A model generated the notes under the pieces. That model was not told where the DNA came from, made no database searches, and saw nothing but the letters and a program-made list of their open reading frames with translations. From a virus (Duplodnaviria; Heunggongvirae; Uroviricota; Caudoviricetes), in the IMG/VR virus record IMGVR_UViG_3300025896_000021: DNA of 64,000 bases. The stretch is one strand, 5' to 3'. Below are positions 1-9,142 of this stretch, one piece after another. Each line of letters starts with the position of its first letter. The stretch's first letter is position 1. Both the position numbers and the translations under genes were made by a program.

Positions 1-1
1 T

Positions 2-331
2 TGCTAACTCTAGCATACTGCATATTGGCCCGTGAACTACAGTAAGACTCTTGTTATTGAACGTTCGTAAATAGGGTCTGAACATAGCCCAGTCGTCTTT
101 TAAGAACATATTGATGGGGACGAGTCTATTTGACTCCCACCACCAAACATCACCTAGTTCTAAGAACCGATCACGTAATATTTGATCTACTATGGCCCCG
201 TAATCATAAATCGTAGTCACGATATCATCACGATTTTGAACGATTCCAACATAGTCTTGACCTGCATAGGAACAAACTGTGATGAACGGATGATTTAATG
301 TTAGTTTAGTGAAGAATTCGTTTGGAATCAT
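2..331 (-). CDS. Hypothetical protein, partial (runs off window start): MIPNEFFTKLTLNHPFITVCSYAGQDYVGIVQNRDD...
   Basis: Translated by hand; open from ATG at 331 to window edge, missing from ORF track; GATAAATA on minus strand at 351-358. Confidence 0.75.
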   Translation of the reverse strand, partial: MIPNEFFTKLTLNHPFITVCSYAGQDYVGIVQNRDDIVTTIYDYGAIVDQILRDRFLELGDVWWWESNRLVPINMFLKDDWAMFRPYLRTFNNKSLTVVHGPICSMLELA

Positions 332-350
332 TGTTTTTGTTGTCTATGGA

Positions 351-395
351 TATTTATCAGATTTGGTTAACCATTATATTATTTTTAACTAAATA
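351..395. promoter_or_regulatory. Divergent late-type promoters (GATAAATA minus 351-358; TAAATA plus 390-395)
   Basis: Match to the T4 gp55 late promoter core TATAAATA, between divergent genes. Confidence 0.65.
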
Positions 396-413
396 TAGTA
401 AAGGAGCCTTTTT

Positions 414-1166
414 GTGTACGCTACAACAGTAAATTACTTCATCCCCAGACAAACTGTAGTTTTGTACTCGGGAGCATCCAACAGGAGATATCAAACCGTG
501 TATTCTAGAAACTTAAAAATTCACAAGGGAGTTGACAATAAACTTCAATTCCAATTCATCAATCAGGACCAAAAGCCTGTAAATATCACGGGTAAAACAC
601 TAACCTGTAGAGTAATGAGCTATGACGGCACACAAGTATTGCTACAAAAAGCACTTACACCGTTGTTGCCCTTAACTGGTCTCGCTACACTAGATATAAC
701 GATGAACGAGTCGCTGAGTATGGATACAGCACTATGCTATTACTCATTGTCTATCCCTGACGGTACATTTGAGTTTCCGGTGTTTGTTGATGACAATTCT
801 GGTGGCAGGGGTGTACTAGATGTTACTGATAGCATCCTGCCTAGATTCGTAAAATCAACATTATTAGGTCTATTACCGCACAGTATCCCCACAATTGAGA
901 TTCCAGTTACCTATTATAGTGAACTATTAATCGGGAAAGATACAGACAATTACACAGTCCAAGTTGGTTTCACTGGTTATATCGGTAATGCTACTATTCA
1001 AGGATCAGTTACTGGCACGGTCGACGAATGGTATGATATTACCTATTCTACCGAGTATGACGGTTATGTTGGAACCGACTACTACACCATCACCGGATGC
1101 CACGCATTCATCAGAGTAAAATTCGCTAGTTCAGGCGGAACAATAGGTAAGATTCTGTTCAGATAA
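414..1166 (+). CDS. Putative virion structural protein (BppU-N-like baseplate/adaptor domain possible)
   Basis: GTG start, AAGGAG RBS, late motif; beta-rich 'LQFQFINQDQKPVNITG' segment. Confidence 0.4.
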   Translation: MYATTVNYFIPRQTVVLYSGASNRRYQTVYSRNLKIHKGVDNKLQFQFINQDQKPVNITGKTLTCRVMSYDGTQVLLQKALTPLLPLTGLATLDITMNESLSMDTALCYYSLSIPDGTFEFPVFVDDNSGGRGVLDVTDSILPRFVKSTLLGLLPHSIPTIEIPVTYYSELLIGKDTDNYTVQVGFTGYIGNATIQGSVTGTVDEWYDITYSTEYDGYVGTDYYTITGCHAFIRVKFASSGGTIGKILFR

Positions 1167-1179
1167 TTGACCAAGACTA

Positions 1180-1208
1180 TTGTTTTCACATCATCGTTGT
1201 GTTATAAT
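1180..1208 (+). promoter_or_regulatory. sigma70-type promoter for primase-helicase
   Basis: TTGTTT-17bp-TATAAT with TG extension. Confidence 0.6.
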
Positions 1209-1215
1209 GACATAG

Positions 1216-2196
1216 ATGTTTGATGTACTCTCTATAATTCCCGGTAAAAAGAAACAGACAAATAGTGGTTGGACTAGCTTCAACGCTATTTGCTGTGGTC
1301 ACCGCGGACACAAAGCTGATCGCCGAAGTAGAGGTGGTATCAAGTTTGAGGGTAGCACTAACTGGGTGATGCATTGTTTCAATTGTGGGTTCAGTTGTAG
1401 TTTCACTTTGGGTAAGGTTATTAATCCTAAAGCTAGGCAATTCATGGTCTGGTGTGGTGTTGATAGTGAACAAGTTCAAAAGTGGAGTCTAGAAAGTTTA
1501 CAACAAAAAGACTTGCTAGATTTTACACAAGAGAAGAAACATGAGGTAGTAACTAACTTCAAATCAAGACCCTTACCTAAAGGTGAACTACTTGATATAG
1601 CAAACCCTAGACATAAGATATACGCTGATTATTTAAATAAGCGTAAGATAGACTTAACTAATTATTCGTTCACCGTCACACCTGATGACAAATATCGTAA
1701 TCAATTTAGAGTAATCGTCCCGTATACTTATAGAGGTAAGATTGTAGGTAACACTAGTCGATTTTTAGATGACAAAATTCCCAAGTATCTCAATGATCAA
1801 CCACAAGGCTTTGTATTCAACTTAGACAAGCAAGACAAAGATTGGCAAGTATGTATCGTAACAGAAGGTATCTTTGATGCACTAAGTATTGACGGCGTAG
1901 CAGTTATGCACGATGATATCAGTCCGGAGCAGGCAATAATGCTAGCACAACTTAACAAACGAATTATAGTAGTACCTGACTTTGACAAGACAGGTTTCAA
2001 AATGATTGATAGAGCATTAGAATTAGGATATAGTGTTAGTTTACCTAACTGGGAGCCAGGTGTTAAAGACGTAAATGACGCAGTGAAGAAATACGGTAAG
2101 CTACCGGCACTACTTAGCATATTACAAAATGCCACAATGAGCAAGATAAAACTAGAAATACAAAGGAAGAAAATTGGCAAAGCAAACGGATTCTAA
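1216..2196 (+). CDS. 61: DNA primase (T4 gp61-like)
   Basis: N-terminal Zn ribbon (CCGHRGH...HCFNCG); TOPRIM motifs 'VTEGIFDAL' and 'VVPDFD'; overlaps helicase. Confidence 0.9.
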   Translation: MFDVLSIIPGKKKQTNSGWTSFNAICCGHRGHKADRRSRGGIKFEGSTNWVMHCFNCGFSCSFTLGKVINPKARQFMVWCGVDSEQVQKWSLESLQQKDLLDFTQEKKHEVVTNFKSRPLPKGELLDIANPRHKIYADYLNKRKIDLTNYSFTVTPDDKYRNQFRVIVPYTYRGKIVGNTSRFLDDKIPKYLNDQPQGFVFNLDKQDKDWQVCIVTEGIFDALSIDGVAVMHDDISPEQAIMLAQLNKRIIVVPDFDKTGFKMIDRALELGYSVSLPNWEPGVKDVNDAVKKYGKLPALLSILQNATMSKIKLEIQRKKIGKANGF

Positions 2197-3634
2197 AAAG
2201 CAGTTAGAGTATACTGTAGATGTGCAGAAGTTGTTTCTGCGCATGATGATCACCAACGCGGAACTTTATACCCGTGTTATGAACATTATGAACAGCGAGA
2301 ACTTTGACAGGTCCTTACGACCAGTTGCAGAAATGTACAAAGAGCACACGGACAAGTATAGAATTCTCCCCGACTCTACTCAAATCAAAGCAACAACTGG
2401 GGTTGATATTGAACCTGTGCCTGAGTTGAGCGAAGGTCATTATGAATGGTTCTTTGATGAATTTGAATCATTCACTAAGCGGCAAGAACTTGAACGAGCA
2501 ATTCTTTCGGCAGCAGACTTACTAGAGAAGGGCGACTTTGCACCGGTTGAGAAACTAATCAAAGATGCAGTTCAAATCAGTTTGCAAAAAGACATGGGTA
2601 CTGATTATTTTTACGACCCTGCTGCACGTATCAATAAGTATTTCAATTCAGGCGGTCAGGTATCAACTGGCTGGCCGCAGATGGACCGAATTTTGTACGG
2701 TGGAATGAGTCGCGGTGAATTGAATATTTTTGCAGGTGGCTCTGGTTCAGGTAAATCTCTCGTGATGATGAATCTTGCATTGAACTGGTTGCAAGTGGGA
2801 CTAAGCGGTGTATATATCTCACTAGAACTTTCCGAAGAACTAACGTCACTTAGAACTGATGCGATGTTAACAAGCATGGGTACTAAAGACATTCGTAAGG
2901 ATATTGATAATACCGGATTGAAAATTAAGATGATTGGTAAGAAGACCGGAAAATATCGTGTCAAGGGCTTGCCTGCACAAAGTAATGTCAATGACATTCG
3001 TGCGTACTTGAAAGAAGTACAGATTCAAACTGGTATCAAGATTGACTTTGTTATGGTTGATTATCTTGACTTGGTTATGCCTGTATCCGTTAAAGTCAGC
3101 CCGACCGATCAGTTCATTAAAGACAAGTATGTTGCAGAAGAATTGCGTAACCTATCTAAAGAATTAGGTATCTTGTTAGTAACTGCATCACAGTTGAATC
3201 GTAGTGCGGTTGATGAAATTGAATTTGATCATAGTCACATTGCAGGTGGTATCAGTAAGATTAATACAGCAGATAACGTGTTCGGTATCTTTACTAATCG
3301 TAGTATGCGTGAGCGTGGTAAGTATCAAATTCAATGTATGAAGTCTCGTAGTTCAACTGGTGTTGGTATGAAGGTTGACTTAGAGTACAATGTTGAATCT
3401 ATGCGTATTACAGACGATGGCGGAGAAGACGGAGATAGTGGAAATAGCTATAGACCTCAACCTAGCTCTAGTGACATTATGAGCAGGTTAAAGACTAGTT
3501 CAAGCGTCACTACAATTGATCAAAGTACAGGTGAGATGATGATGGGCGGGACTGACACTAAGAAGGTAGTAGGAGATGTACAAGGAAGCAAGCTAAAATC
3601 AATGTTGCGTGACATTCAGAAGAATAACATTTAA
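2174..3634 (+). CDS. 41: Replicative DnaB-family helicase (T4 gp41-like)
   Basis: Walker A GGSGSGKS, 'YISLELSE', 'MVDYLDL', 'ASQLNR', Arg finger 'MKSR'; TTG start after AAGGAAG. Confidence 0.95.
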   Translation: MAKQTDSKKQLEYTVDVQKLFLRMMITNAELYTRVMNIMNSENFDRSLRPVAEMYKEHTDKYRILPDSTQIKATTGVDIEPVPELSEGHYEWFFDEFESFTKRQELERAILSAADLLEKGDFAPVEKLIKDAVQISLQKDMGTDYFYDPAARINKYFNSGGQVSTGWPQMDRILYGGMSRGELNIFAGGSGSGKSLVMMNLALNWLQVGLSGVYISLELSEELTSLRTDAMLTSMGTKDIRKDIDNTGLKIKMIGKKTGKYRVKGLPAQSNVNDIRAYLKEVQIQTGIKIDFVMVDYLDLVMPVSVKVSPTDQFIKDKYVAEELRNLSKELGILLVTASQLNRSAVDEIEFDHSHIAGGISKINTADNVFGIFTNRSMRERGKYQIQCMKSRSSTGVGMKVDLEYNVESMRITDDGGEDGDSGNSYRPQPSSSDIMSRLKTSSSVTTIDQSTGEMMMGGTDTKKVVGDVQGSKLKSMLRDIQKNNI

Positions 3635-3662
3635 TTAGATAAATACAAGTAGGATCTATACT

Positions 3663-3914
3663 ATGCAAAGAAAAACACGCAGCCTATTAGAAGAATTAGA
3701 AGCAGTCGGTCAAAATCGAGACACTAAACATGTTATTGAAAGCCGTGCTCATAATATTATCACCAGTGCTATCAATCTATTAGAAATGATTAATAAGCAT
3801 TATGATTCTGAAAAAGCTCAAATCTTGGAGAGAAAGTTGTTAAGTGCTATCAAGGCACGAGACCAGGGTAGATTCTCAAAAAGTTTGAGGAAAACCGATA
3901 ATGAGAGCGAGTGA
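3663..3914 (+). CDS. Hypothetical late protein
   Basis: 83 aa ORF after GATAAATA (3638-3645) and AGGA RBS. Confidence 0.7.
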   Translation: MQRKTRSLLEELEAVGQNRDTKHVIESRAHNIITSAINLLEMINKHYDSEKAQILERKLLSAIKARDQGRFSKSLRKTDNESE

Positions 3915-4647
3915 ATTTCAGCAGCTAAATGAAAGAAAGCTTCCACAAGCTAGACGTCCTAGACCGTTAGCAGCCCCGGCAGCACCAGTAGCAGCACCAG
4001 TACAACAAGCACCAGTAGCAGCACCAGTACAACAAGCACCAGTAGCAGCACCAAGTTCAGGATACCTTGACAAAATCAAACAAAAAATGTATTCCACTGG
4101 CCAAGGCATAGCTAATCGGTTTTCTACTCAGGGCAAAATTAGCGCACGGACTGATAAAATCTTTGTTGATAAGTTTATTAAGGATCTGAAATCAGCCGAA
4201 CAAACCTCAACCGGACTCAGGGGCCGCCCACTTGATCTACCGGAGTATATTACTAAGTATTTGGCTAGAAATAGATGGAAAGCCGGTAATCAGCAAGCAG
4301 CACTTAACCAAGCAGTTGCAACAGCGTATAAACCTCAAATTGCGAAGATTATGGCAGCAATTGGTAAAGCTAATAATCGTGCTGACGGTGCAACTACCCC
4401 CGCAGTAGCACCAGCAACTACACCAGCAACTACACCTGCAGTAACTCCGGCAACTACACCTGCAGTAGCACCAGCAACTACAACCACAGCAGCACCAGCT
4501 GGACCATCAGTTAACCCTGATGGATCAATTACTATAGCCGGCGCCAAAGGACAATCTCCTAGTAAAATTCAGCCCGGCGATCCTATGTACAAGAGCCTAC
4601 TAGCTGCCATCAATAAACAAGCTGCTAGCACGCAGCCAACTCTATAA
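3901..4647 (+). CDS. Ala/Pro/Thr-rich protein with capsid-targeting-like N-terminus (putative internal head protein)
   Basis: Starts MRASEFQQLNE; low-complexity repeats. Confidence 0.5.
   Translation: MRASEFQQLNERKLPQARRPRPLAAPAAPVAAPVQQAPVAAPVQQAPVAAPSSGYLDKIKQKMYSTGQGIANRFSTQGKISARTDKIFVDKFIKDLKSAEQTSTGLRGRPLDLPEYITKYLARNRWKAGNQQAALNQAVATAYKPQIAKIMAAIGKANNRADGATTPAVAPATTPATTPAVTPATTPAVAPATTTTAAPAGPSVNPDGSITIAGAKGQSPSKIQPGDPMYKSLLAAINKQAASTQPTL
3982..4053 (+). repeat. 27-bp coding tandem repeat (APVAAPVQQ x2.7)
   Basis: gcaccagtagcagcaccagtacaacaa twice plus an 18-bp partial copy. Confidence 0.9.
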
Positions 4648-4649
4648 TC

Positions 4650-5813
4650 ATGGAACATTCTGAATACTTACGCACCTTAGCTGACAAGATTAGCGCCATT
4701 AATACCCTGGTTGAAACTGGCGAATTAACAAAAGCTCACGTAGAGCACCCTGAAGACTTGGTTTTTCACAATGGAAGTACCGGAGCTAGTCGTGGACTAC
4801 AAGCTATTGTAGAAACAGTAAAGTCACCCGCCGCCATCACTATCAAGTGGGATGGATATCCTGCACTGATCTTTGGTAAAGGACTAGACGGGCAGTTTGT
4901 AGTGTGTGACAAGCATATGTTCAACAAGAAAGACGGTTCAGGCCGTGTTACTAGCCCACAAGCATTCGCAGCATACGATCAGGCACGTGGTATCGTTCGC
5001 GGGGACTTAGTTAACATCATTGCTAGAATCTGGCCAGGCTTGCAAAAAGCATACGCTGGTAAAGGCTATTACTGGGGGGACTTACTATTCAGTCAACCAT
5101 TGCAAGAACAAGGTGGATTGTACAAGTTTAAAGCTAATCCTAACGGAATTGCATACACTATTGAAGCAGATAGTGAAATTGGCCAATTGATTGCCGGTAA
5201 AGTTGGCGGAATCGCAGTGCATCAATATATTCCACCTGAAGCTAGCAATGTTCAATATGCTCAGTTGTTGAATGGTACTATCGGTCAATTGAAAAATAGA
5301 GGTAACGTTGCTATCGTTCCGGCAGCGATGCCAAGCGTTCCTAAACTAAAGCTCAACAAAGCAGACATATCTAAAGTACAGCAAGTAATCAATCAGAATG
5401 GTCCCGCAGCAGATAAGTGGTTACTACAAGCGCCAGCCGGAACGAAAACCGTGTTTCCTTTGATGTGTACTGTTTATATCAATAAAAAGATTGTTTCAGG
5501 TAATCTGAACAACTTAGTCGGCGACTTCTATGAATTCTTCAAAACTCGTCCTATGTCAGAGCCTATTCGTGCTAAATTGACAGAACACTTTCGTCAAAAC
5601 GAAGCAGGTATACAAGGTGCTTTTTCCATATGGATTGCTCTATATACATTAAAAATGCAAATTGAGCCTCAATTAGCTAAAGCAGCAGAACAGAGTCCAG
5701 TTAAGGGCTATCTAGCTGATGGCACTCAAAGTCAAGAAGGATTCGTTGCCCACGGTGTCAAAATCGTGAATCGTATGGGATTTTCTCGCCAGAATTTAGC
5801 CGGTAGGAACTAA
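4650..5813 (+). CDS. DUF6267-like protein with ATP-dependent ligase/capping-enzyme-like motifs
   Basis: 'HPEDLVF', 'TIKWDGYPALIFG' (KxDG), C-terminal 'QEGFVA..VKIVNR'. Confidence 0.55.
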   Translation: MEHSEYLRTLADKISAINTLVETGELTKAHVEHPEDLVFHNGSTGASRGLQAIVETVKSPAAITIKWDGYPALIFGKGLDGQFVVCDKHMFNKKDGSGRVTSPQAFAAYDQARGIVRGDLVNIIARIWPGLQKAYAGKGYYWGDLLFSQPLQEQGGLYKFKANPNGIAYTIEADSEIGQLIAGKVGGIAVHQYIPPEASNVQYAQLLNGTIGQLKNRGNVAIVPAAMPSVPKLKLNKADISKVQQVINQNGPAADKWLLQAPAGTKTVFPLMCTVYINKKIVSGNLNNLVGDFYEFFKTRPMSEPIRAKLTEHFRQNEAGIQGAFSIWIALYTLKMQIEPQLAKAAEQSPVKGYLADGTQSQEGFVAHGVKIVNRMGFSRQNLAGRN

Positions 5814-5878
5814 TTTTTTCTACCTTGCATAAATAAGTATAGAATCTAAAAGATTCATAACAAAAAAGGAAATATATT

Positions 5879-6277
5879 ATGGCAATTCAAACTAAAGTTC
5901 ATGGCAATACAAAGCCAGTTTTCGCAATCGACACCCTAGAAGGTACTGGAACTAACGCTACTGGTACGCCAGTAATGTTCTCTGGTCCTAAGTTAGACTT
6001 CTTCGGTCTTGACTTAGGTGCTAGCCCTGCAGGCGAAATGGATACTAACGAAGCTGTTGAAGCAGTTATCACTTGTATCACTCAGTTGGCAACAACTCAC
6101 TTCTACCAAGTAGAAGCAAGTGCATCAGCTAATAACATGTCTATCGCTATCTACCCAACAGCAGCTTGGACCGCAGCAACATTGCAAGTTGCAGTTCGTG
6201 CTTTAGGTACAGTAGCAGGTTACGACTTGTCTGGTGCAGCAGTTACTAACGTTGGTTTCAAACTAGCAGCAGCTTAA
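5879..6277 (+). CDS. Small, probably abundant virion protein
   Basis: Own CATAAATA (5828-5835), AAGGA RBS, strongly biased codons, own terminator. Confidence 0.55.
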   Translation: MAIQTKVHGNTKPVFAIDTLEGTGTNATGTPVMFSGPKLDFFGLDLGASPAGEMDTNEAVEAVITCITQLATTHFYQVEASASANNMSIAIYPTAAWTAATLQVAVRALGTVAGYDLSGAAVTNVGFKLAAA

Positions 6278-6294
6278 TCAATTAACTTGATTTC

Positions 6295-6323
6295 AAAAGC
6301 CCCTAATATTTAGGGGCTTTTTT
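6295..6323 (+). terminator. Rho-independent terminator
   Basis: aaaagcccctaa-tat-ttaggggctttttt. Confidence 0.9.
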
Positions 6324-6328
6324 ACCTC

Positions 6329-6336
6329 TATAAATA
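6329..6336 (+). promoter_or_regulatory. Perfect T4-type late promoter TATAAATA
   Basis: Exact consensus, 4 nt before ATG 6341. Confidence 0.8.
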
Positions 6337-6340
6337 GTGT

Positions 6341-6793
6341 ATGTCATTAAAAATTAGATGCTACACGCTTTTCGATATTACGAAGACCGGCGTAACCAAT
6401 AGAAGAAATTCTAATAACCCTGATCCTAAGTGGCAAAAGCAACGCAATACTCAATGTAACTTTGATACCATTCTTCAAGTTGCATCACTTAGAAGTCAGC
6501 CCGAAAACATCACTGACCCCACACAAACACCAATAACATTCTCAGAATTTGATAAGTTTGGATTCTTATTTGAATCCGAGACTGAACCACATCCGTGCTG
6601 GACTTTTGAGTTCACTGTGAATTTTCATAGTGTGTTTGATGATGGAATTAATGAGTTTGGATATTTGTATTCAGACTGCGACGGCGTACCTATGATACAA
6701 ATAGGCACCGAATGGGATAAGCTACCTTCATTCTTAGATGCAAGCCCCGAATTACGTAACATATATTTTGAGGTACTACTAGATGAAACTTAA
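6341..6793 (+). CDS. Hypothetical late protein
   Basis: 150 aa ORF directly after the late promoter. Confidence 0.7.
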   Translation: MSLKIRCYTLFDITKTGVTNRRNSNNPDPKWQKQRNTQCNFDTILQVASLRSQPENITDPTQTPITFSEFDKFGFLFESETEPHPCWTFEFTVNFHSVFDDGINEFGYLYSDCDGVPMIQIGTEWDKLPSFLDASPELRNIYFEVLLDET

Positions 6794-7268
6794 CGAACCT
6801 AGAATGTTTGACATTCTAAACAAACTTCTCAGTAAAGAGAAAATATCAACATTGGAACGACAGATAATTTTTCAGGAGCGTAACGGAAGTTACAATCTAT
6901 TTGGAACTTATATTATTTCGAAAACTGAGGTAGGATATATAGTTGAGAAAAAACATACGTTTACATCGCATATCTTTACCGACTTAAAAAATGCAGTTAC
7001 TTGGTCTACATTGGATAAATGCGGTAATTTGAATGGATCTAGTCGAGTGCTAATATTAGATAGACAATTAGCCGGGACAACGCAAAACATGTTGGTTCAT
7101 GAAAATTTATATAAACGAGCTAAAGATGTAGACCAACAATCAATATTTCTTAATAAATTACATGAAGGACGCATTAAGAAGCAAGCGATGACAATTGAAA
7201 TGAATGGATTTATTGAAAGATGCAAGTCTTGGCAATACCAACAATTTGCACAAAACGCCGCGAAATAA
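6783..7268 (+). CDS. Hypothetical protein
   Basis: 161 aa, overlaps upstream stop. Confidence 0.7.
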   Translation: MKLNEPRMFDILNKLLSKEKISTLERQIIFQERNGSYNLFGTYIISKTEVGYIVEKKHTFTSHIFTDLKNAVTWSTLDKCGNLNGSSRVLILDRQLAGTTQNMLVHENLYKRAKDVDQQSIFLNKLHEGRIKKQAMTIEMNGFIERCKSWQYQQFAQNAAK

Positions 7269-7311
7269 ATTAGAAAATGATAAATACTTTATTAGTAATC
7301 TAGGAACAACT

Positions 7312-8049
7312 ATGAAACTTACAGAATTCAACAATAAAAAAACAACAGTAGCACAAAAGGCTCTGAAAGAGCATTTCAATACAACATTCAATGTTGAAAA
7401 ATTAGGTCTTTACGAGACTAGAAAAATGCTTACTAAGGTTAAAGGTCTTATGTCCGAAGCTAAAGGACGCTCAATGAGTGGTGAACAAAATCCTGCTTAC
7501 TTGAAGCTAGTGTTCATGGAACAAGCATTGACTCATCACTATGGTGATCTACGAACTATGCCTATGTACAATACTCGTATCGTAGTAGAGAATGAAGAAG
7601 TTGAGAAATCACAAGTCGTTCTAGCCGCACAAGAGATGGTTGACACTATGCAAAAGATGGTAGAGCAAGTATCCGACATGCTAGTTAAAGAATTACCAGC
7701 AGTAGTTGACGGTGTTAACAGTGAGTTTGGTACAAGCGAAGGTGAACAATTCAGCAGTCAAGTATCAGAAGCATTGACTTCATTACAAGCCGCTATTGCA
7801 CAATCTAAAACAGGATTGCTAAGTGCATTAGGCATTATCACTGGTCAAGGCGGCGGCTTCGGTGGCGACATGGGCGCTATGGGCGGAGATGAGATGGGTG
7901 CTGATATGGGCATGGGCGGCGACGAGATGGGAGCTGACATGGGTGGCGAAATGGACGGTGCTGATATGGGTTCAGAAATGGGCGCAGAAGAAATGCCAGC
8001 AGAAGAACCAGAAGAGCCGATGCCATCAGTTGGACGTGCAAAGCGTTAA
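7312..8049 (+). CDS. Helical, acidic protein with Met/Gly/Asp-rich tail; possible prohead core/scaffold-type protein
   Basis: Start moved to ATG 7312 (GATAAATA 7279-7286, AGGA RBS); begins MKLTEF; GGDEMGADM repeats. Confidence 0.4.
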   Translation: MKLTEFNNKKTTVAQKALKEHFNTTFNVEKLGLYETRKMLTKVKGLMSEAKGRSMSGEQNPAYLKLVFMEQALTHHYGDLRTMPMYNTRIVVENEEVEKSQVVLAAQEMVDTMQKMVEQVSDMLVKELPAVVDGVNSEFGTSEGEQFSSQVSEALTSLQAAIAQSKTGLLSALGIITGQGGGFGGDMGAMGGDEMGADMGMGGDEMGADMGGEMDGADMGSEMGAEEMPAEEPEEPMPSVGRAKR

Positions 8050-8051
8050 AC

Positions 8052-8372
8052 ATGCGTTTATACGAATTCAGTGATGCGGATCCATTGAGAGTTAAGTTGG
8101 TTGCGGTGACGAACCAACTTAAGTCTGCTAATGAGCCGATGTCAACTGATGAATTTCTAACAATATTAAATAAGAACGGAATCAGCTTGGATAAAGCTGA
8201 TCTGTTTGACATGGTTCAAAAAGACCCACTACGCAACATCGTTGCTGACGTTAACGATGACACAGTTACTTTCAAGGGTCAAGAAGGTGATTTAGATACT
8301 GCGATAGATCAATCACAAGACGAAAACGAAAAGATTCGTCAACAAATGGCAAGCAAGCAAACAGGTAAGTAA
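8052..8372 (+). CDS. Hypothetical protein (starts MRLYEF)
   Basis: 106 aa ORF in late cluster. Confidence 0.65.
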   Translation: MRLYEFSDADPLRVKLVAVTNQLKSANEPMSTDEFLTILNKNGISLDKADLFDMVQKDPLRNIVADVNDDTVTFKGQEGDLDTAIDQSQDENEKIRQQMASKQTGK

Positions 8373-8381
8373 CCGAATAGG

Positions 8382-8410
8382 TTGACTTTCGTACTATAGT
8401 TGTCTATAAT
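8382..8410 (+). promoter_or_regulatory. sigma70-type promoter
   Basis: TTGACT-17bp-TATAAT. Confidence 0.85.
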
Positions 8411-8418
8411 CAACTATA

Positions 8419-9105
8419 ATGTACATCCCAAACAAATATAATTACGTAGCAATTCCCAGACAAACTATCGACGGAGTCCGTCGATATGCTACACCCGATG
8501 GCGAGAAGCTCCCAAGCGTCACTACAATTCTAGACGCAACTAAATCAGAAGAATCAAAAGCAGCATTGCAGAACTGGCGCAGGCGAGTTGGTGTAGCAAA
8601 GGCACAAGAGATTACCACAGAAGCTGCAGGGCGCGGCACTCGTATGCACAAGTGGCTCGAAGATTACGTAAAGACTGGTGTCATCGGTGATCCAGGATCT
8701 AATCCGTACTCTATTCAAAGTAATGCAATGGCTAAGTCTATCATTGCACAAGGTATGGTCAAATGTAGTGAATACTGGGGCACAGAAGTTCCTCTTTACT
8801 ATCCAAAAGTGTATGCAGGTACGACTGACTTATGCGGGGTACATGATGGAAGTGATGCTATCATGGATCACAAGCAAACTAACAAACCCAAGAAGCGTGA
8901 GTGGATCGATGACTACTTTGTTCAGTTAGCAGCATACGCTAATGCACACAATGAAGTACATGGAACAAAGATTCAAAAAGGCGTTATTTTCATGTGCGAT
9001 CCAAATTGTCTATACCAAGAGTTTATTGTTGAAGGAACTGAGTTTGACAAGTATACTGACATGTGGTTCAAACGAGTAGAACAATACTACATGAAGTTCT
9101 TGTAA
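8419..9105 (+). CDS. PD-(D/E)XK exonuclease (Cas4/YqaJ/RecB-like phage nuclease)
   Basis: 'LPSVTTIL', 'RGTRMH', 'EVPLY', 'AGTTD', 'IMDHKQ', 'QLAAYA'. Confidence 0.85.
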   Translation: MYIPNKYNYVAIPRQTIDGVRRYATPDGEKLPSVTTILDATKSEESKAALQNWRRRVGVAKAQEITTEAAGRGTRMHKWLEDYVKTGVIGDPGSNPYSIQSNAMAKSIIAQGMVKCSEYWGTEVPLYYPKVYAGTTDLCGVHDGSDAIMDHKQTNKPKKREWIDDYFVQLAAYANAHNEVHGTKIQKGVIFMCDPNCLYQEFIVEGTEFDKYTDMWFKRVEQYYMKFL

Positions 9106-9142
9106 GGCGAGATAAATAGTATATTCACATAAAGAATATACT

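Noticed and set aside
7204-7311. ORF-track upstream extensions (7204, 11822, 17018, 18651, 38945, 43652, 43770, 44859, 52540)
   Set aside because: They overlap neighbouring genes or promoter motifs; downstream starts have better RBS or promoter support
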